Shown here piece after piece: positions 1-10,375 of a stretch of 64,000 nucleotides of DNA (within the stretch, counting starts at the first letter, position 1; every line of letters starts with the position of its first letter). The notes under the pieces are model-generated. The model searched no databases. It saw only the letters and a list, made by a program, of their open reading frames with translations, and was not told the origin of the DNA. Origin of the DNA: Nemertoderma westbladi (lineage: Eukaryota; Animalia; Xenacoelomorpha); assembly GCA_032718475.1 (NCBI GenBank), contig JAUCBJ010001846.1, positions 372,001-436,000 on the forward strand. Reading direction: 5' to 3'. The translations under genes and the position numbers were made by a program.

Positions 1-61
1 AGCGGCTAAAAACTTAGCTTTAGCGCCTCGGTAGAAAAATAATTAACCTTTTTTAAGCAAA

Positions 62-484
62 ATGCGTCATAGGAAGTCAGGCAGGAAGTTTAATCGAACC
101 TCAGCTCATCGGAAATCAATGTTCCGCAATTTATCATTGCAATTGATCAATTATGAGAAAATTAAGACTACCTTGCCTAAGGCCAAAGAACTTAGGCGAC
201 ACTTTGAGCCTTTAATCACCATTGCAAAAAACAACAACACGATTGCTGGTCGTCGTCATGTTTTTTCCTTTTTAAGGAATAATGATGCTGTGTTTAAATT
301 GTTTAATGAATTGGCGCCTCGATCGGCTGATCGACCTGGAGGGTATCTGCGTGTTTTAAAAAGTGGGTTTCGTACAGGTGATGTAGCGCCTATGGCGTAT
401 GTTTTGTTGACTGATCAAAAGCAAATTGTGGAGCCAGATGCCATTCAAGCTGAAATTAGCAATGAATCCGCTGCAGCCGCTTAA
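62..484 (+). CDS. rplQ: 50S ribosomal protein L17
   Basis: [17 protein letters not shown]...[10 protein letters not shown]...[10 protein letters not shown]...GDVAPMA signature. Confidence 0.98.
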   Translation: MRHRKSGRKFNRTSAHRKSMFRNLSLQLINYEKIKTTLPKAKELRRHFEPLITIAKNNNTIAGRRHVFSFLRNNDAVFKLFNELAPRSADRPGGYLRVLKSGFRTGDVAPMAYVLLTDQKQIVEPDAIQAEISNESAAAA

Positions 485-490
485 AATGTA

Positions 491-2050
491 TTGAACTCAA
501 TTTTCTCTCTCGTTCGCTCCATCAGTACATTTAGTTTATTAACCTTTTTTTCTAGAATATTAGGACTTATTCGAGACATTCTTTTTGCCCGTTATTTTGG
601 CGCTTCTATCTACTTAGATATATTTGTTGTTGCCTTTAAAATCCCTAATTTTTTTCGGCGCATTTTTGCAGAAGGCATTATCTCTCAAGTATTTTTACCG
701 CATTTTGCTGAACTTCAATCACAATCAACCGGTCAATTACAGCGTTTTGTAGATACCTTGCTTTTTTGGCAAATTGTAATTTTGCTCATATTTTTAGGTA
801 GCTTCTTTTTATTTTATGATTACCTTGTTTATCTTTTAGCACCAGGTTTTGCAAATGATGGCATGAAAAAATCTCTATTGTTAGGGATGATGTATCTGAC
901 CATGCCTTACTTATTTTTTACCTCACTCATGGCTTTATTTGGAGCACTACTAAATTTAAAGCGAAATTTTTTTGTGGTGGCAGCCGCCCCCGTTTTTTTA
1001 AATATCAGCTTTTTAATCGCGATCATCTGGGGCCGGGATTATTTTGATGTGCCTGAAAATATATTGGCACATGCCGTCTTTTGGGGTGGGGTTTGTCAAT
1101 TCATATTTATTTTAATACCCCTATATCGAAGCGGCTTTAGGTTGCAACTCATTTATCAACCCATTGGTGTTTTTTTTCGTTCATTCGCTCACCGTTTTTG
1201 GCCAGTGTTGCTTGCTCTTTCAGTAACCCAGCTTAATTTGTTTATTGATATATGGATGGCCTCATTTCTGCCCCCAGGCCGTATTTCTTGGTTATATTAC
1301 GCTGATCGACTATTTCAATTCCCCATTGGAGTGTTTTCCGTGGCACTGTCAACCGTAGTGTTATCGGAAATGTCTTTAAACGTTGGGCATGGTGCTTTGG
1401 ATAAAGCTAAGCAAAACCTATCCTTTGGCCTTGAATTGGGGTTTTTAATTGGTTTACCTGCCGCTGTGGGTTTATTTTTTTTATCAGAGCCAATTATTCA
1501 TGTGCTATTTTTCTCAAAAGGCAGCTTTGTAAAAAATGATGTATTGATGAGCGCTTACGCCTTAAGCGCTTATTCACTGGGGCTACTCCCTTGGATTTTA
1601 TCCAAACTTTTAATTAACGCCCTACATGTTCATCAAAAAGGCAAATGGGTCACAAAAGTTGCCTTATTAGGCTTGTTTACAAACATTATTTTTAATGCGA
1701 TTTTGATGCATTTTTTTGGGCATATTGGGCTTGCTTTGGCCACCAGCCTTTCTGGTATTTTACAAAGCGTGGTGTTTATTAAAATTGCTCTCAAGCATCG
1801 TTTGATGCCACCCTTTAGGTGGGCTGAGGGTTTTAAAATCATCCTATGCACCCTCATCATGTTAGGGATCATTGTCATGTTAAAAAATGTCACACTATCT
1901 GGCACTCAACACCAAATTATTCATTTACTATTTATTTTAATTACCCCTGCCATTTTCATATATATGTTAGGAGGCTATTTGCTGAAAATACAGTTAATTA
2001 GAAAATGGGTGAATGAAGCATTCAAGGCCATTAGAAGTAATCAGCGATGA
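491..2050 (+). CDS. murJ: Lipid II flippase MurJ (MviN)
   Basis: SRILGLIRD, AFKIPNFFRRIFAEG, YYADRLFQFPIG motifs; polytopic membrane protein; murJ-ribF-ileS-lspA synteny. Confidence 0.96.
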   Translation: MNSIFSLVRSISTFSLLTFFSRILGLIRDILFARYFGASIYLDIFVVAFKIPNFFRRIFAEGIISQVFLPHFAELQSQSTGQLQRFVDTLLFWQIVILLIFLGSFFLFYDYLVYLLAPGFANDGMKKSLLLGMMYLTMPYLFFTSLMALFGALLNLKRNFFVVAAAPVFLNISFLIAIIWGRDYFDVPENILAHAVFWGGVCQFIFILIPLYRSGFRLQLIYQPIGVFFRSFAHRFWPVLLALSVTQLNLFIDIWMASFLPPGRISWLYYADRLFQFPIGVFSVALSTVVLSEMSLNVGHGALDKAKQNLSFGLELGFLIGLPAAVGLFFLSEPIIHVLFFSKGSFVKNDVLMSAYALSAYSLGLLPWILSKLLINALHVHQKGKWVTKVALLGLFTNIIFNAILMHFFGHIGLALATSLSGILQSVVFIKIALKHRLMPPFRWAEGFKIILCTLIMLGIIVMLKNVTLSGTQHQIIHLLFILITPAIFIYMLGGYLLKIQLIRKWVNEAFKAIRSNQR

Positions 2051-2949
2051 AAAATACATGCAATTCCCATTCACTTAAGTATCACGCCATCACAGTGGGT
2101 AATTTTGATGGCATGCACAAAGGTCATCAACACCTATTTAATCAATTAAAGTCTGTGGCCACCCAACTGAATTTAGTGCCCAGCATATTAACTTTTGAAC
2201 CGCATCCGCGTCATTTTTTTGGTCAATCTTTTCTGCGTTTAAATCACTTGCGTGATAAAAAGCATTTAGCCGATGCTTGGGAATTAAATTTTTGGTTTTT
2301 GCACTTTCAAAAAAGCATGGCACAAATGACACCTAGACATTTTATTGATTTTTTAATTCAAAAAGGCATGCAAGCGCTTGTGGTGGGCAAAGACTTTCGG
2401 TTTGGCAAGAACCAAAAAGGCGATGTTGAATATTTAACCCAAGCGGCTAAAACCAAACCATTTAGATTATTGATTGCAGATAACTTTCAAACAAACGGTC
2501 AGCGTGTTAGCAGCAGTTTAGTCAGACAAGCCCTACAAAATAATGAGCTTGATCAAGCCAATCAACTACTGGGGTATCGCTACTTTTTATCCGGTCGAAT
2601 TGTTTGTGGTCACCAGCGTGGCCGAAAAATTGGTATCCCCACTTTAAATTTAGGCATCCCAAATAGCACGTTAGCCATTGGGGGGGTGTATGCCGTTTGT
2701 ATTTATATTGAAGGTTACCCTCCCTATCATGGGGTATGTAATATTGGCCAAGCCCCCACTTTTGATCGATTAACCTCAAAAGTTGAAGTGCATGTTTATG
2801 GCCAAAAGCTGCCCTATCTGTATGCTAAACTAATGCGAATTGAATTTTTCAAATATTTGCGAGAAGAAAAAAAATTTACCGACTTCAATAATTTAAAAAA
2901 ACAGATCCAAATAGATATTCAACAAGCAAAATCTTATTTTGCCAATTAA
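2047..2949 (+). CDS. ribF: Bifunctional riboflavin kinase/FAD synthetase
   Basis: GNFDGMHKGHQ, VGKDFRFG, GRKIGIPTLN, EVH motifs. Confidence 0.96.
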   Translation: MKNTCNSHSLKYHAITVGNFDGMHKGHQHLFNQLKSVATQLNLVPSILTFEPHPRHFFGQSFLRLNHLRDKKHLADAWELNFWFLHFQKSMAQMTPRHFIDFLIQKGMQALVVGKDFRFGKNQKGDVEYLTQAAKTKPFRLLIADNFQTNGQRVSSSLVRQALQNNELDQANQLLGYRYFLSGRIVCGHQRGRKIGIPTLNLGIPNSTLAIGGVYAVCIYIEGYPPYHGVCNIGQAPTFDRLTSKVEVHVYGQKLPYLYAKLMRIEFFKYLREEKKFTDFNNLKKQIQIDIQQAKSYFAN

Positions 2950-2964
2950 TGACTTAAAGCACCT

Positions 2965-5781
2965 ATGGCTGATCAAAACATTTACAAAAACACACTAAAT
3001 TTGCCCCAAACCGATTTTCCCATGAAGGCTAATTTAGCCGCACGTGAGCCTACACGCCTCAAAATTTGGCAAGCAGAAAAAATTTATGAAAAAATGCTTA
3101 AAGCGCGCCAAAACAACCCCACCTTTGTACTGCACGATGGCCCCCCGTATGCCAATGGTGCTATTCATATTGGCCATACGGTTAATAAAATTTTAAAAGA
3201 CATCATCTTAAAATTTAAACACCTATGTGGTTTTAAAACCGAATTTATTCCCGGTTGGGACTGCCATGGGTTGCCCATTGAACTGAACATTGAAAAAAAA
3301 TATGGCAAAGCCGCCAAAATTGGCACCAGGCAATTTCGCAACCATTGTCGCACGTATGCAGGCTCACAAATTAAGCAGCAAAAGGCCGATTTTATGCGTT
3401 TGGGGGTTTTTGCTGATTGGGAAAATCATTATGACACCAAAGCCTTTAAAAGCGAGGCAGAAATTTTACGAAGTTTAGGAAAAATTATTCAAACAGGCCA
3501 TGTGGCACAAGGCTTTAGGCCCGTGTATTGGTGTTTGGATTGTGCTTCAGCCTTAGCCGAGGCTGAGATTGAATACCACCCTAAAAAATCGTGCGCAGTG
3601 GATGTGGCCTTTAAAATTGACCCTAGCCAGCCGCTTTCAGGAGCGCTTTCTGTGCTAGCTGTCCATCAAGCCCAGTTTATTATTTGGACAACCACCCCAT
3701 GGACACTACCTGCCAACCAAGCCGTTGCGGTTTCAAGCGAGGTTGAATATACATGCCTTCGCATCAAGCAGGGGGAAGGCAGTCGCTATATTGTAATTGC
3801 CAAAGCTCTTCAAAAAGAAGTGTTGGCACGCTATCAGGTTGAAGACTATGAACTGATAGAAACTTTTGTGGGTGAACAATTATGTAATTTAATGTTGATT
3901 CACCCATTAGATCACCGCTTAGTGAGCGTTGTACATAGTGATCATGTTACCTTAGAGACAGGCACCGGCTTGGTACACATTGCGCCGTCTTGTGGAGCAG
4001 AGGATTTTGACGTGGGGGTTAAATACAAACTGCCCATGGATGTTTATGTGGATTATCGGGGTTGTTATACCGACTTTGCAACAACCATGGGGGGGGCGCA
4101 TATTAAAAAAGCAGATAATATTGTGCTTGACCAACTAAAGGCACAAAATACGTTGGTGCACTTTGAATCATATCAACACAGCTACCCGCATTGTTGGCGG
4201 CATAAAACCCCCATTATTTTTCGCTTAACCCATCAATGGTTTGTTGGCATGGGCGAGCAATTGCTTGCTCAAGCATCGCAGGCATCTGATCAGGTATCAT
4301 GGCTACCTAGTTGGGGCAAGGATCGTTTAAAAAGCATGCTAGATAACCGACCCGATTGGTGTATTTCACGCCAGCGTTATTGGGGGGTTCCGATTGCGGT
4401 GTTTGTTCATCAAAAAACCCATCAACTGCACCCTGATACTTTGCAAATTATTGAGCAAGTGGCAGCTGCGATTGAAAAAGAAGGGATTGATGTTTGGTTT
4501 GATGATCCCATGCGTTTTTTACCTACAAAAGATCACAAGACTTACCAAGCAGGTACAGATGTATTAGATGTGTGGTTTGATTCAGGGGTGACTCATCAGT
4601 TTGTGTTAAGCAATCGGTTGGGTCAGTCCGAGGCCGATGTTTATTTAGAAGGCAAAGATCAATACCGCGGCTGGTTTCAATCTTCATTGTTAACCGCTAT
4701 TGCCACGGGGCAAAAAAAGGCCCCTTACAAACAGGTGATCACCCATGGGTTTGTGGTAGATCAAAAGGGGCGAAAAATGTCAAAATCACTTGGCAATGTG
4801 GTTTCCCCTCAACAGGTCACCGACACATTAGGGGCGGATATTTTGCGCCTGTGGGTGGCAACCAATGATTACACGCAAGAGCTTACCATTTCAGATGAAA
4901 TACTTCGTCACACGGTGGATCATTATCGTCGAATTCGCAATACCTTTAAGTTTTTATTGGGTAATTTAGGTGACTTTAACCCCAAAACCGATGAGGTGGA
5001 ATTTGAACACATGGTCAGGCTTGACCAATGGCTGTTGGATGAGGTAAAAAAACTTCAACAAGCCGTTTATGCAGATTACAGCGCTTATCGTTTTCATTTA
5101 GGGGTGCAAAAAATCACCTTATTTTGTACCGAAAAATTAGGGGGTTTTTATTTGGATGTACTCAAAGACCGTTTATACACAACAGCCCAAAAAAGTGCGG
5201 CGAGGCGCTCAGCCCAAAGCGCCCTTTTTCATTTATGTGAATCAATGTTACGGCAATTGATGCCTATTTTGCCCTTTACGACTGATGAGGTAAGCAGTTT
5301 TGCCCATTGGCGGACGGACTGTGTTTTTTTAAGTGATCGTTATGAAGCGTTAAATGATTGTGTGTGTGACGCTAAATTTAGCCTTGCGGTTAGCCAAATA
5401 CAACGCCTGAAACAGGCCATTGAAAAGGTGTTAGATGATTTTCGAAAACAAGGCAAAATTGGCCACTCATTAAAAGCAACGGTTAATTTATTTGTGGATG
5501 AAGACTGGGCAGATACTTTAGATCAGTTTGGTGATGAGCTACATTTTATTTTAATGGTATCAAAGGTGGTGGCTCACCCCATTGATCAACAATCAGGTGA
5601 TTCTACATATACAGTTGATGAGGGATTGTTATTTAGCATTCAGGCTTTAAACAATCCACGTTGCGCGCGTTGTTGGCACTGTACAAGCAGTGTTGGCAAG
5701 CACTCAGCACATGTTGATTTATGTACGCGTTGTATAACCAATATCACGACCAATGCAGGTGAAACACGTTCATTTGTCTAA
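2965..5781 (+). CDS. ileS: Isoleucine--tRNA ligase
   Basis: HDGPPYANG/HIGH, PGWDCHGLPIE, KMSKS, C-terminal CxRCW zinc finger. Confidence 0.99.
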   Translation: MADQNIYKNTLNLPQTDFPMKANLAAREPTRLKIWQAEKIYEKMLKARQNNPTFVLHDGPPYANGAIHIGHTVNKILKDIILKFKHLCGFKTEFIPGWDCHGLPIELNIEKKYGKAAKIGTRQFRNHCRTYAGSQIKQQKADFMRLGVFADWENHYDTKAFKSEAEILRSLGKIIQTGHVAQGFRPVYWCLDCASALAEAEIEYHPKKSCAVDVAFKIDPSQPLSGALSVLAVHQAQFIIWTTTPWTLPANQAVAVSSEVEYTCLRIKQGEGSRYIVIAKALQKEVLARYQVEDYELIETFVGEQLCNLMLIHPLDHRLVSVVHSDHVTLETGTGLVHIAPSCGAEDFDVGVKYKLPMDVYVDYRGCYTDFATTMGGAHIKKADNIVLDQLKAQNTLVHFESYQHSYPHCWRHKTPIIFRLTHQWFVGMGEQLLAQASQASDQVSWLPSWGKDRLKSMLDNRPDWCISRQRYWGVPIAVFVHQKTHQLHPDTLQIIEQVAAAIEKEGIDVWFDDPMRFLPTKDHKTYQAGTDVLDVWFDSGVTHQFVLSNRLGQSEADVYLEGKDQYRGWFQSSLLTAIATGQKKAPYKQVITHGFVVDQKGRKMSKSLGNVVSPQQVTDTLGADILRLWVATNDYTQELTISDEILRHTVDHYRRIRNTFKFLLGNLGDFNPKTDEVEFEHMVRLDQWLLDEVKKLQQAVYADYSAYRFHLGVQKITLFCTEKLGGFYLDVLKDRLYTTAQKSAARRSAQSALFHLCESMLRQLMPILPFTTDEVSSFAHWRTDCVFLSDRYEALNDCVCDAKFSLAVSQIQRLKQAIEKVLDDFRKQGKIGHSLKATVNLFVDEDWADTLDQFGDELHFILMVSKVVAHPIDQQSGDSTYTVDEGLLFSIQALNNPRCARCWHCTSSVGKHSAHVDLCTRCITNITTNAGETRSFV

Positions 5782-6229
5782 AATCTATGTGCTGTTTGGG
5801 GTGCTCTTAATTGTATTAGCTGATCAGCTAACCAAATGGTATACGGTGAACCATTTTTATCACCATCAGGTGAAGCATATAAATGACTTGTTTAATTGGG
5901 TATATGTCACTAATGTGGGTAGTTTGTTTGGGTTATTTAACAATCAAACAGGTATTAACTTAATCCTTATGCTTGTTGGTTTGGCGGTGGTGATCGGCGC
6001 ACTTATTTATGGGTTTAAAAATACGCCTAATCGATTGATGCAATGGTTTTTAGTGTTTTTAGTTGGGGGGGCACTGGGCAATACAATTGATAGAATCATC
6101 CATGGCCATGTGATTGACTGGGTAGATATTCATATGGGAGTTTATCATTGGCCAGCGTTTAATATTGCCGATGTTAGTTTAAATATTGGGGTTATTATTT
6201 TGCTCTTTAATAGCTTAAGAAAATCATAA
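5753..6229 (+). CDS. lspA: Signal peptidase II (start may be TTG 5774)
   Basis: DQLTK, GGALGNTIDR, WPAFNIAD motifs. Confidence 0.96.
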   Translation: MQVKHVHLSKIYVLFGVLLIVLADQLTKWYTVNHFYHHQVKHINDLFNWVYVTNVGSLFGLFNNQTGINLILMLVGLAVVIGALIYGFKNTPNRLMQWFLVFLVGGALGNTIDRIIHGHVIDWVDIHMGVYHWPAFNIADVSLNIGVIILLFNSLRKS

Positions 6230-6329
6230 TATAAGGTGTATAGAGACATTTTAAATCAATATACTATTTGTTATAACTTTAAGATATTATAAAGCAATTT
6301 ATCTAAGTCAACAAAACCTATGGGGAGCT

Positions 6330-6842
6330 ATGCAAATAAAATACTTAAATATACTGATTATAGGGCTATCTACTTTATTTTCATCACATGTGCTTTCTTC
6401 TGACCTCAATTATAAATATGTTTCTATTTATAATAATTACTACGGCATCATTCTATACGCCCACAAAGCCTATCGCTCAGCATATGTAGGTGCAAACTAC
6501 GCTGCTCGTATAAATAAATTTTCGACTTGGCGAATTGTGAGAATAGGTGGGTATTACCGTTTTGCTAATACGAGTAGAAGTTTATGTTTAACGTGGTACG
6601 GCAATGGTTATGGGGCTATCCAAGAAAAATGCAGTCAGAATAATTCTAATCAATTATTCTCATTCATTTCAAAGGAAAATGAGACTTATGTCGTTAAACT
6701 TAAGGGTGGAAAAAACCAATGCCTTGTGGCTAAATCCAAAACCTACTATTGGCCTTATACGGATACTTGCCCAAGAGGTACAGTTCCTGGTCCATATAGG
6801 TGGTCGTTTATTCCACCTAAAACTCCTTCAAGGATAAAGTGA
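6330..6842 (+). CDS. Secreted ricin-B/beta-trefoil protein resembling cytolethal distending toxin subunit A/C
   Basis: Signal peptide; WRIV...RFAN..SLCLTWYGNG..QEKC.Q.NSNQLF...NQCL...TC...W.FIPP pattern parallels CdtA (recognised by eye). Confidence 0.65.
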   Translation: MQIKYLNILIIGLSTLFSSHVLSSDLNYKYVSIYNNYYGIILYAHKAYRSAYVGANYAARINKFSTWRIVRIGGYYRFANTSRSLCLTWYGNGYGAIQEKCSQNNSNQLFSFISKENETYVVKLKGGKNQCLVAKSKTYYWPYTDTCPRGTVPGPYRWSFIPPKTPSRIK

Positions 6843-6908
6843 TAAATAAAACGATAATATAATTAAAGAAAACAACAATCTGTATTAAACTAAAAAACAG
6901 GAGATAGT

Positions 6909-7724
6909 ATGTTAACAAGGTATATCAATGTATTAGTAGTGAGCCTGTCCATTTTATTTTCATCGTATGCATTTTCTGATGAAGAGATTTCATACGAGTA
7001 CCTCTATGAGCGTATTATACTAGACTTGAAAATGACTGAGGAGGAATGGGAGCGTCATATAGAAAATTGGACGAGAAATGATATGCAAATATACGAGATG
7101 AAGGGTTCTCGTTATCATCATCTCGGATACAGGGAATGGCTGGCTGCTGATTCCCATGCACGCAAGCTGTACAAAGGGAGTATGCCTAAGTTTGAAATTC
7201 TTTCTGAGAAGAAGGATGTTAGTGTTCACAATATTCGTTATGGTGTGAATTTATATGAACTACCAGAAGGCGCAAGGATGGACAAGATAATGGGTCATAG
7301 CGGGCTATGGGCATCTTATGCTAATAACATGAGGAGGGAGTATAAAGTTGCGTTCCTCTCTAGCTGGAATATTAAAAAGCTTCGTAATGCTCGGGGCAAT
7401 ATTTTCAGAATTTTTAAGAGTGTAATATCATCGCCGAACGGATTTTCAGCGCGCTGTATGGTTAAAGAGAGTGATAAGGAGAAGCCTCAGTTAGGCGACG
7501 GAGGATGTCATGAGAAGGACAAATCACTTTATTTCCTTAAATTACACTCAACAACAAGTGGTGCTTTCTTAATTTCTACTGCAGATAATTCTAAATGTCT
7601 TATGATTGAATCTGGAAAGACTTACTACAATCCCTATTTTCGTCGGTGTCCAAATCTTAAGAATAAAAGGGCGGCGATTGATTCCAGATTTTTATGGGCT
7701 TTCCCTGCTAACATTCTTAGATAA
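6909..7724 (+). CDS. Secreted protein with unknown N-terminal extension and C-terminal CdtA/C-like beta-trefoil domain
   Basis: Signal peptide nearly matches the upstream gene; C...C...HSTTSGAFLIS..SKCL...KTYYNPY..C...LW resembles the CdtC 'PTTTSAVQIRS..C' region. Confidence 0.55.
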   Translation: MLTRYINVLVVSLSILFSSYAFSDEEISYEYLYERIILDLKMTEEEWERHIENWTRNDMQIYEMKGSRYHHLGYREWLAADSHARKLYKGSMPKFEILSEKKDVSVHNIRYGVNLYELPEGARMDKIMGHSGLWASYANNMRREYKVAFLSSWNIKKLRNARGNIFRIFKSVISSPNGFSARCMVKESDKEKPQLGDGGCHEKDKSLYFLKLHSTTSGAFLISTADNSKCLMIESGKTYYNPYFRRCPNLKNKRAAIDSRFLWAFPANILR

Positions 7725-7807
7725 AGTTGATAATAAAAATCTTCATATATCAATGAAATTTTTGGGAATGATAAGCACTTTTTTTGGCTGATACGTTGTG
7801 AATTGCT

Positions 7808-8911
7808 TTAAGCATTTAAAAAATCTAGCACAATATTAAGTGTTCGCCGAATAGGTTCAGCTGCGCCCCACAACAGTTGATCACCCACTGTAAAAACACC
7901 AATGTGGTTGGCTTTATTTAGTTTTCGAATTCTGCCCACATGTACATTTAAGCTACCCGATACACAAAGGGGGTTAAGTTGTTCTTGGGTCGCAGCAGGT
8001 GTATTTTCGATCACCTTGGTCCAAGGGGAGGTGTTTTCAATGGCTTGTGTGATCGTTTCAAGGTCAAGCTCACTTGTAAGCTCAATGTGTAAGGTCTGTG
8101 CATGGGAGCGAATCGATCCCACCCGCACACAGGTGCTATCCACGGTGATGGGGTTGTTTTGGCGGCCTAAAATTTTGTTGGTCTCAAGTACCCCTTTGTA
8201 TTCTTCTTTTGTAAAACCATCTGTCAAACCCTGATCAATCCATGGGCATAGGTTACCCACAAGCGACCAGTTGTAATCGCTTGTATAAGCGGGGGTTTGT
8301 AGGTGCTTGCGAAGAGCCTTTTCTTTTTCTAAAAAAGGCAAATCATCACATTGATCCAGTGTTTGACCAAGTGTTTTAATTTGGCTAAAAAAGGTTTGAA
8401 TCATCTTCGCCCCTGCGCCTGAAAACGCCTGATAGGTTGAAACATTGATGCTTTTAATATGCTTAGCAAGCCCGCCAATGGCCATCAACATTAAGCTCAC
8501 CGTGCAATTGCCCCCAATGTATTGCTTAATACCACTTTTCAAACTGTTTTGAATGGTCTCGCCATTGATTGGGTCAAGCGCGATGATGCTTTTTTCATCG
8601 TTTCGAAGGGCAGAGGCGGCATCTAGCCAATAGCCTTGCCACTTACCCTGTTTTAATGCAGGGAATACTTTGTTAGTATAGCTCGAACCTTGGCATGTTA
8701 CCAAAATGTTGCACTGCTTAAGCGCTTTGACATCAAAGGCATCCTGAAGGTGAGTGGGGTTGTTTTGAACATTAGGGGCCAATTTTCCCGCCTGTGAGGT
8801 GGAAAAAAACACAATGTCTATGTTTTGGTCAAAATCATTTTCTGCTTGCATGCGCTCTAGCAATACAGAACCTACCATGCCACGCCAGCCAATTAATCCT
8901 ACTTTTATCAT
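7808..8911 (-). CDS. asd: Aspartate-semialdehyde dehydrogenase
   Basis: GWRGMVGSVL, GGNCTVSLML, VGDQLLWGAAEP. Confidence 0.98.
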   Translation of the reverse strand: MIKVGLIGWRGMVGSVLLERMQAENDFDQNIDIVFFSTSQAGKLAPNVQNNPTHLQDAFDVKALKQCNILVTCQGSSYTNKVFPALKQGKWQGYWLDAASALRNDEKSIIALDPINGETIQNSLKSGIKQYIGGNCTVSLMLMAIGGLAKHIKSINVSTYQAFSGAGAKMIQTFFSQIKTLGQTLDQCDDLPFLEKEKALRKHLQTPAYTSDYNWSLVGNLCPWIDQGLTDGFTKEEYKGVLETNKILGRQNNPITVDSTCVRVGSIRSHAQTLHIELTSELDLETITQAIENTSPWTKVIENTPAATQEQLNPLCVSGSLNVHVGRIRKLNKANHIGVFTVGDQLLWGAAEPIRRTLNIVLDFLNA

Positions 8912-9051
8912 TTATTTAAAACTTCGTTAATTTTTTACATTTTAGCGTGTAATGTTAGCAAGCAGTTAGTTTAAAATTGATTAACACCCCTTTTGGTTTT
9001 TAAATAATGGGGTTTATGTGAGAGAATTTAAGCAAAATTGTTGATCAATTA

Positions 9052-9699
9052 TTGGCCATGCCTATAAAAACAAAAGATAAATTACACCTTGATTGTTGCG
9101 GGGGAACTCGCCAATCACCCATTGACTTAACTTCCCCCATTGTTGCTAAATTACCCCCCATTGAATTTAGCTATCAACCCATGCCCATCGAATTTTCTAA
9201 AAGCCAACGCACCCTTCAAATCGATGCCCAACAAGGCGGTGTTCGAATAGAAAGCACTTGGTATAAGCTATTACAATTTCATTTTCATACTCCTAGTGAA
9301 CATTTAATTGATGGTGAAGTGTTTCCTATGGAAATGCACTTGGTTCATCAGCGTGAGGATGGGGTATTAGCCATAGTGGGGGCATTTATAAAAGAAGGCC
9401 AAACCAATGATGAGATGCAAAAAATTTGGAACCTAATGCCCAGGCGGGAAGAAAAAATACCCGATCTCAATGCCACCACCAATCCCATGAATTTATTGCC
9501 TAAAGGTCAAGATTATTATCGTTACAATGGTTCTTTAACCACCCCGCCTTTTTCAGAACCTGTATTGTGGTTTGTATTAAACGAGGCGATTGAGTTATCA
9601 GCCGATCAAATTTCACACTTTAGAAAAGCGTTTAAGAACAATGCTCGTTCGGTTCAGCCCAAAGGGGATCGCTTGTTGCTTCAATCCGATCCAAAGTAG
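9052..9699 (+). CDS. Alpha-class carbonic anhydrase, N-terminally short
   Basis: RQSPID, QFHFHTPSEH, EMHLVH zinc ligands, YYRYNGSLTTPP. Confidence 0.9.
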   Translation: MAMPIKTKDKLHLDCCGGTRQSPIDLTSPIVAKLPPIEFSYQPMPIEFSKSQRTLQIDAQQGGVRIESTWYKLLQFHFHTPSEHLIDGEVFPMEMHLVHQREDGVLAIVGAFIKEGQTNDEMQKIWNLMPRREEKIPDLNATTNPMNLLPKGQDYYRYNGSLTTPPFSEPVLWFVLNEAIELSADQISHFRKAFKNNARSVQPKGDRLLLQSDPK

Positions 9700-9705
9700 T
9701 TATTT

Positions 9706-10329
9706 TTAGGTGAGCGAGTCGTCTTGAAACGATTCAAACAACTTTGTTATCGTTTCTTGCCCCGCATCAATCCCAATTTTTTTAATCGATGAGCTTTTCT
9801 GAAGGCTAAAATCACCCCCCATTTGCTCAAGCTGTGTTTGGGTGGTTTGAAGTGCTTGGTGGGTTTTGGCTTGATTAAGCTTATCAACTTTGGTGAGCAC
9901 CACATGGGCGTGAATGTGATTGGCTTGGCACCACTGCAAGATGGGCTCATCCAAAGGACCAATTAAGCGCCTTGAGTCAATTGTAATACACAATGCTTTT
10001 AGGTGCTTTCTTTTAAGTAGGTAATCGCGTATAGTCTGTTGCCACTGAGCTTGTGTGGTTTTAGAGGCTTTGGCAAAGCCATAGCCCGGTAGATCAAGTA
10101 AATAATAAGGGCGCTGGGGATGTAGTTGAAACAAGTTAAGTAGTTGGGTTTTACCTGGTCGGCTGCTGGTGTAGGCAATTTTTCGGCCACATAGCTGATT
10201 AATAAAGGTAGATTTACCACTATTTGACCGACCAACAACGGCAATTTCAACACCTGCATGTTGGGGTAATTTACCCAGTGAAGGGGCGCTTGTGACAAAC
10301 TGAATTTGATGGCTGGGAAAAAGAGGCAT
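9706..10329 (-). CDS. engB: Ribosome biogenesis GTPase YihA/EngB
   Basis: GRSNSGKS, PGKTQ, DLPGYG, TKVDK; start placed at ATG 10329. Confidence 0.95.
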   Translation of the reverse strand: MPLFPSHQIQFVTSAPSLGKLPQHAGVEIAVVGRSNSGKSTFINQLCGRKIAYTSSRPGKTQLLNLFQLHPQRPYYLLDLPGYGFAKASKTTQAQWQQTIRDYLLKRKHLKALCITIDSRRLIGPLDEPILQWCQANHIHAHVVLTKVDKLNQAKTHQALQTTQTQLEQMGGDFSLQKSSSIKKIGIDAGQETITKLFESFQDDSLT

Positions 10330-10375
10330 GATAAAATAATAATCTATTCTTTTAATATTTGACACCAAGCCAACA

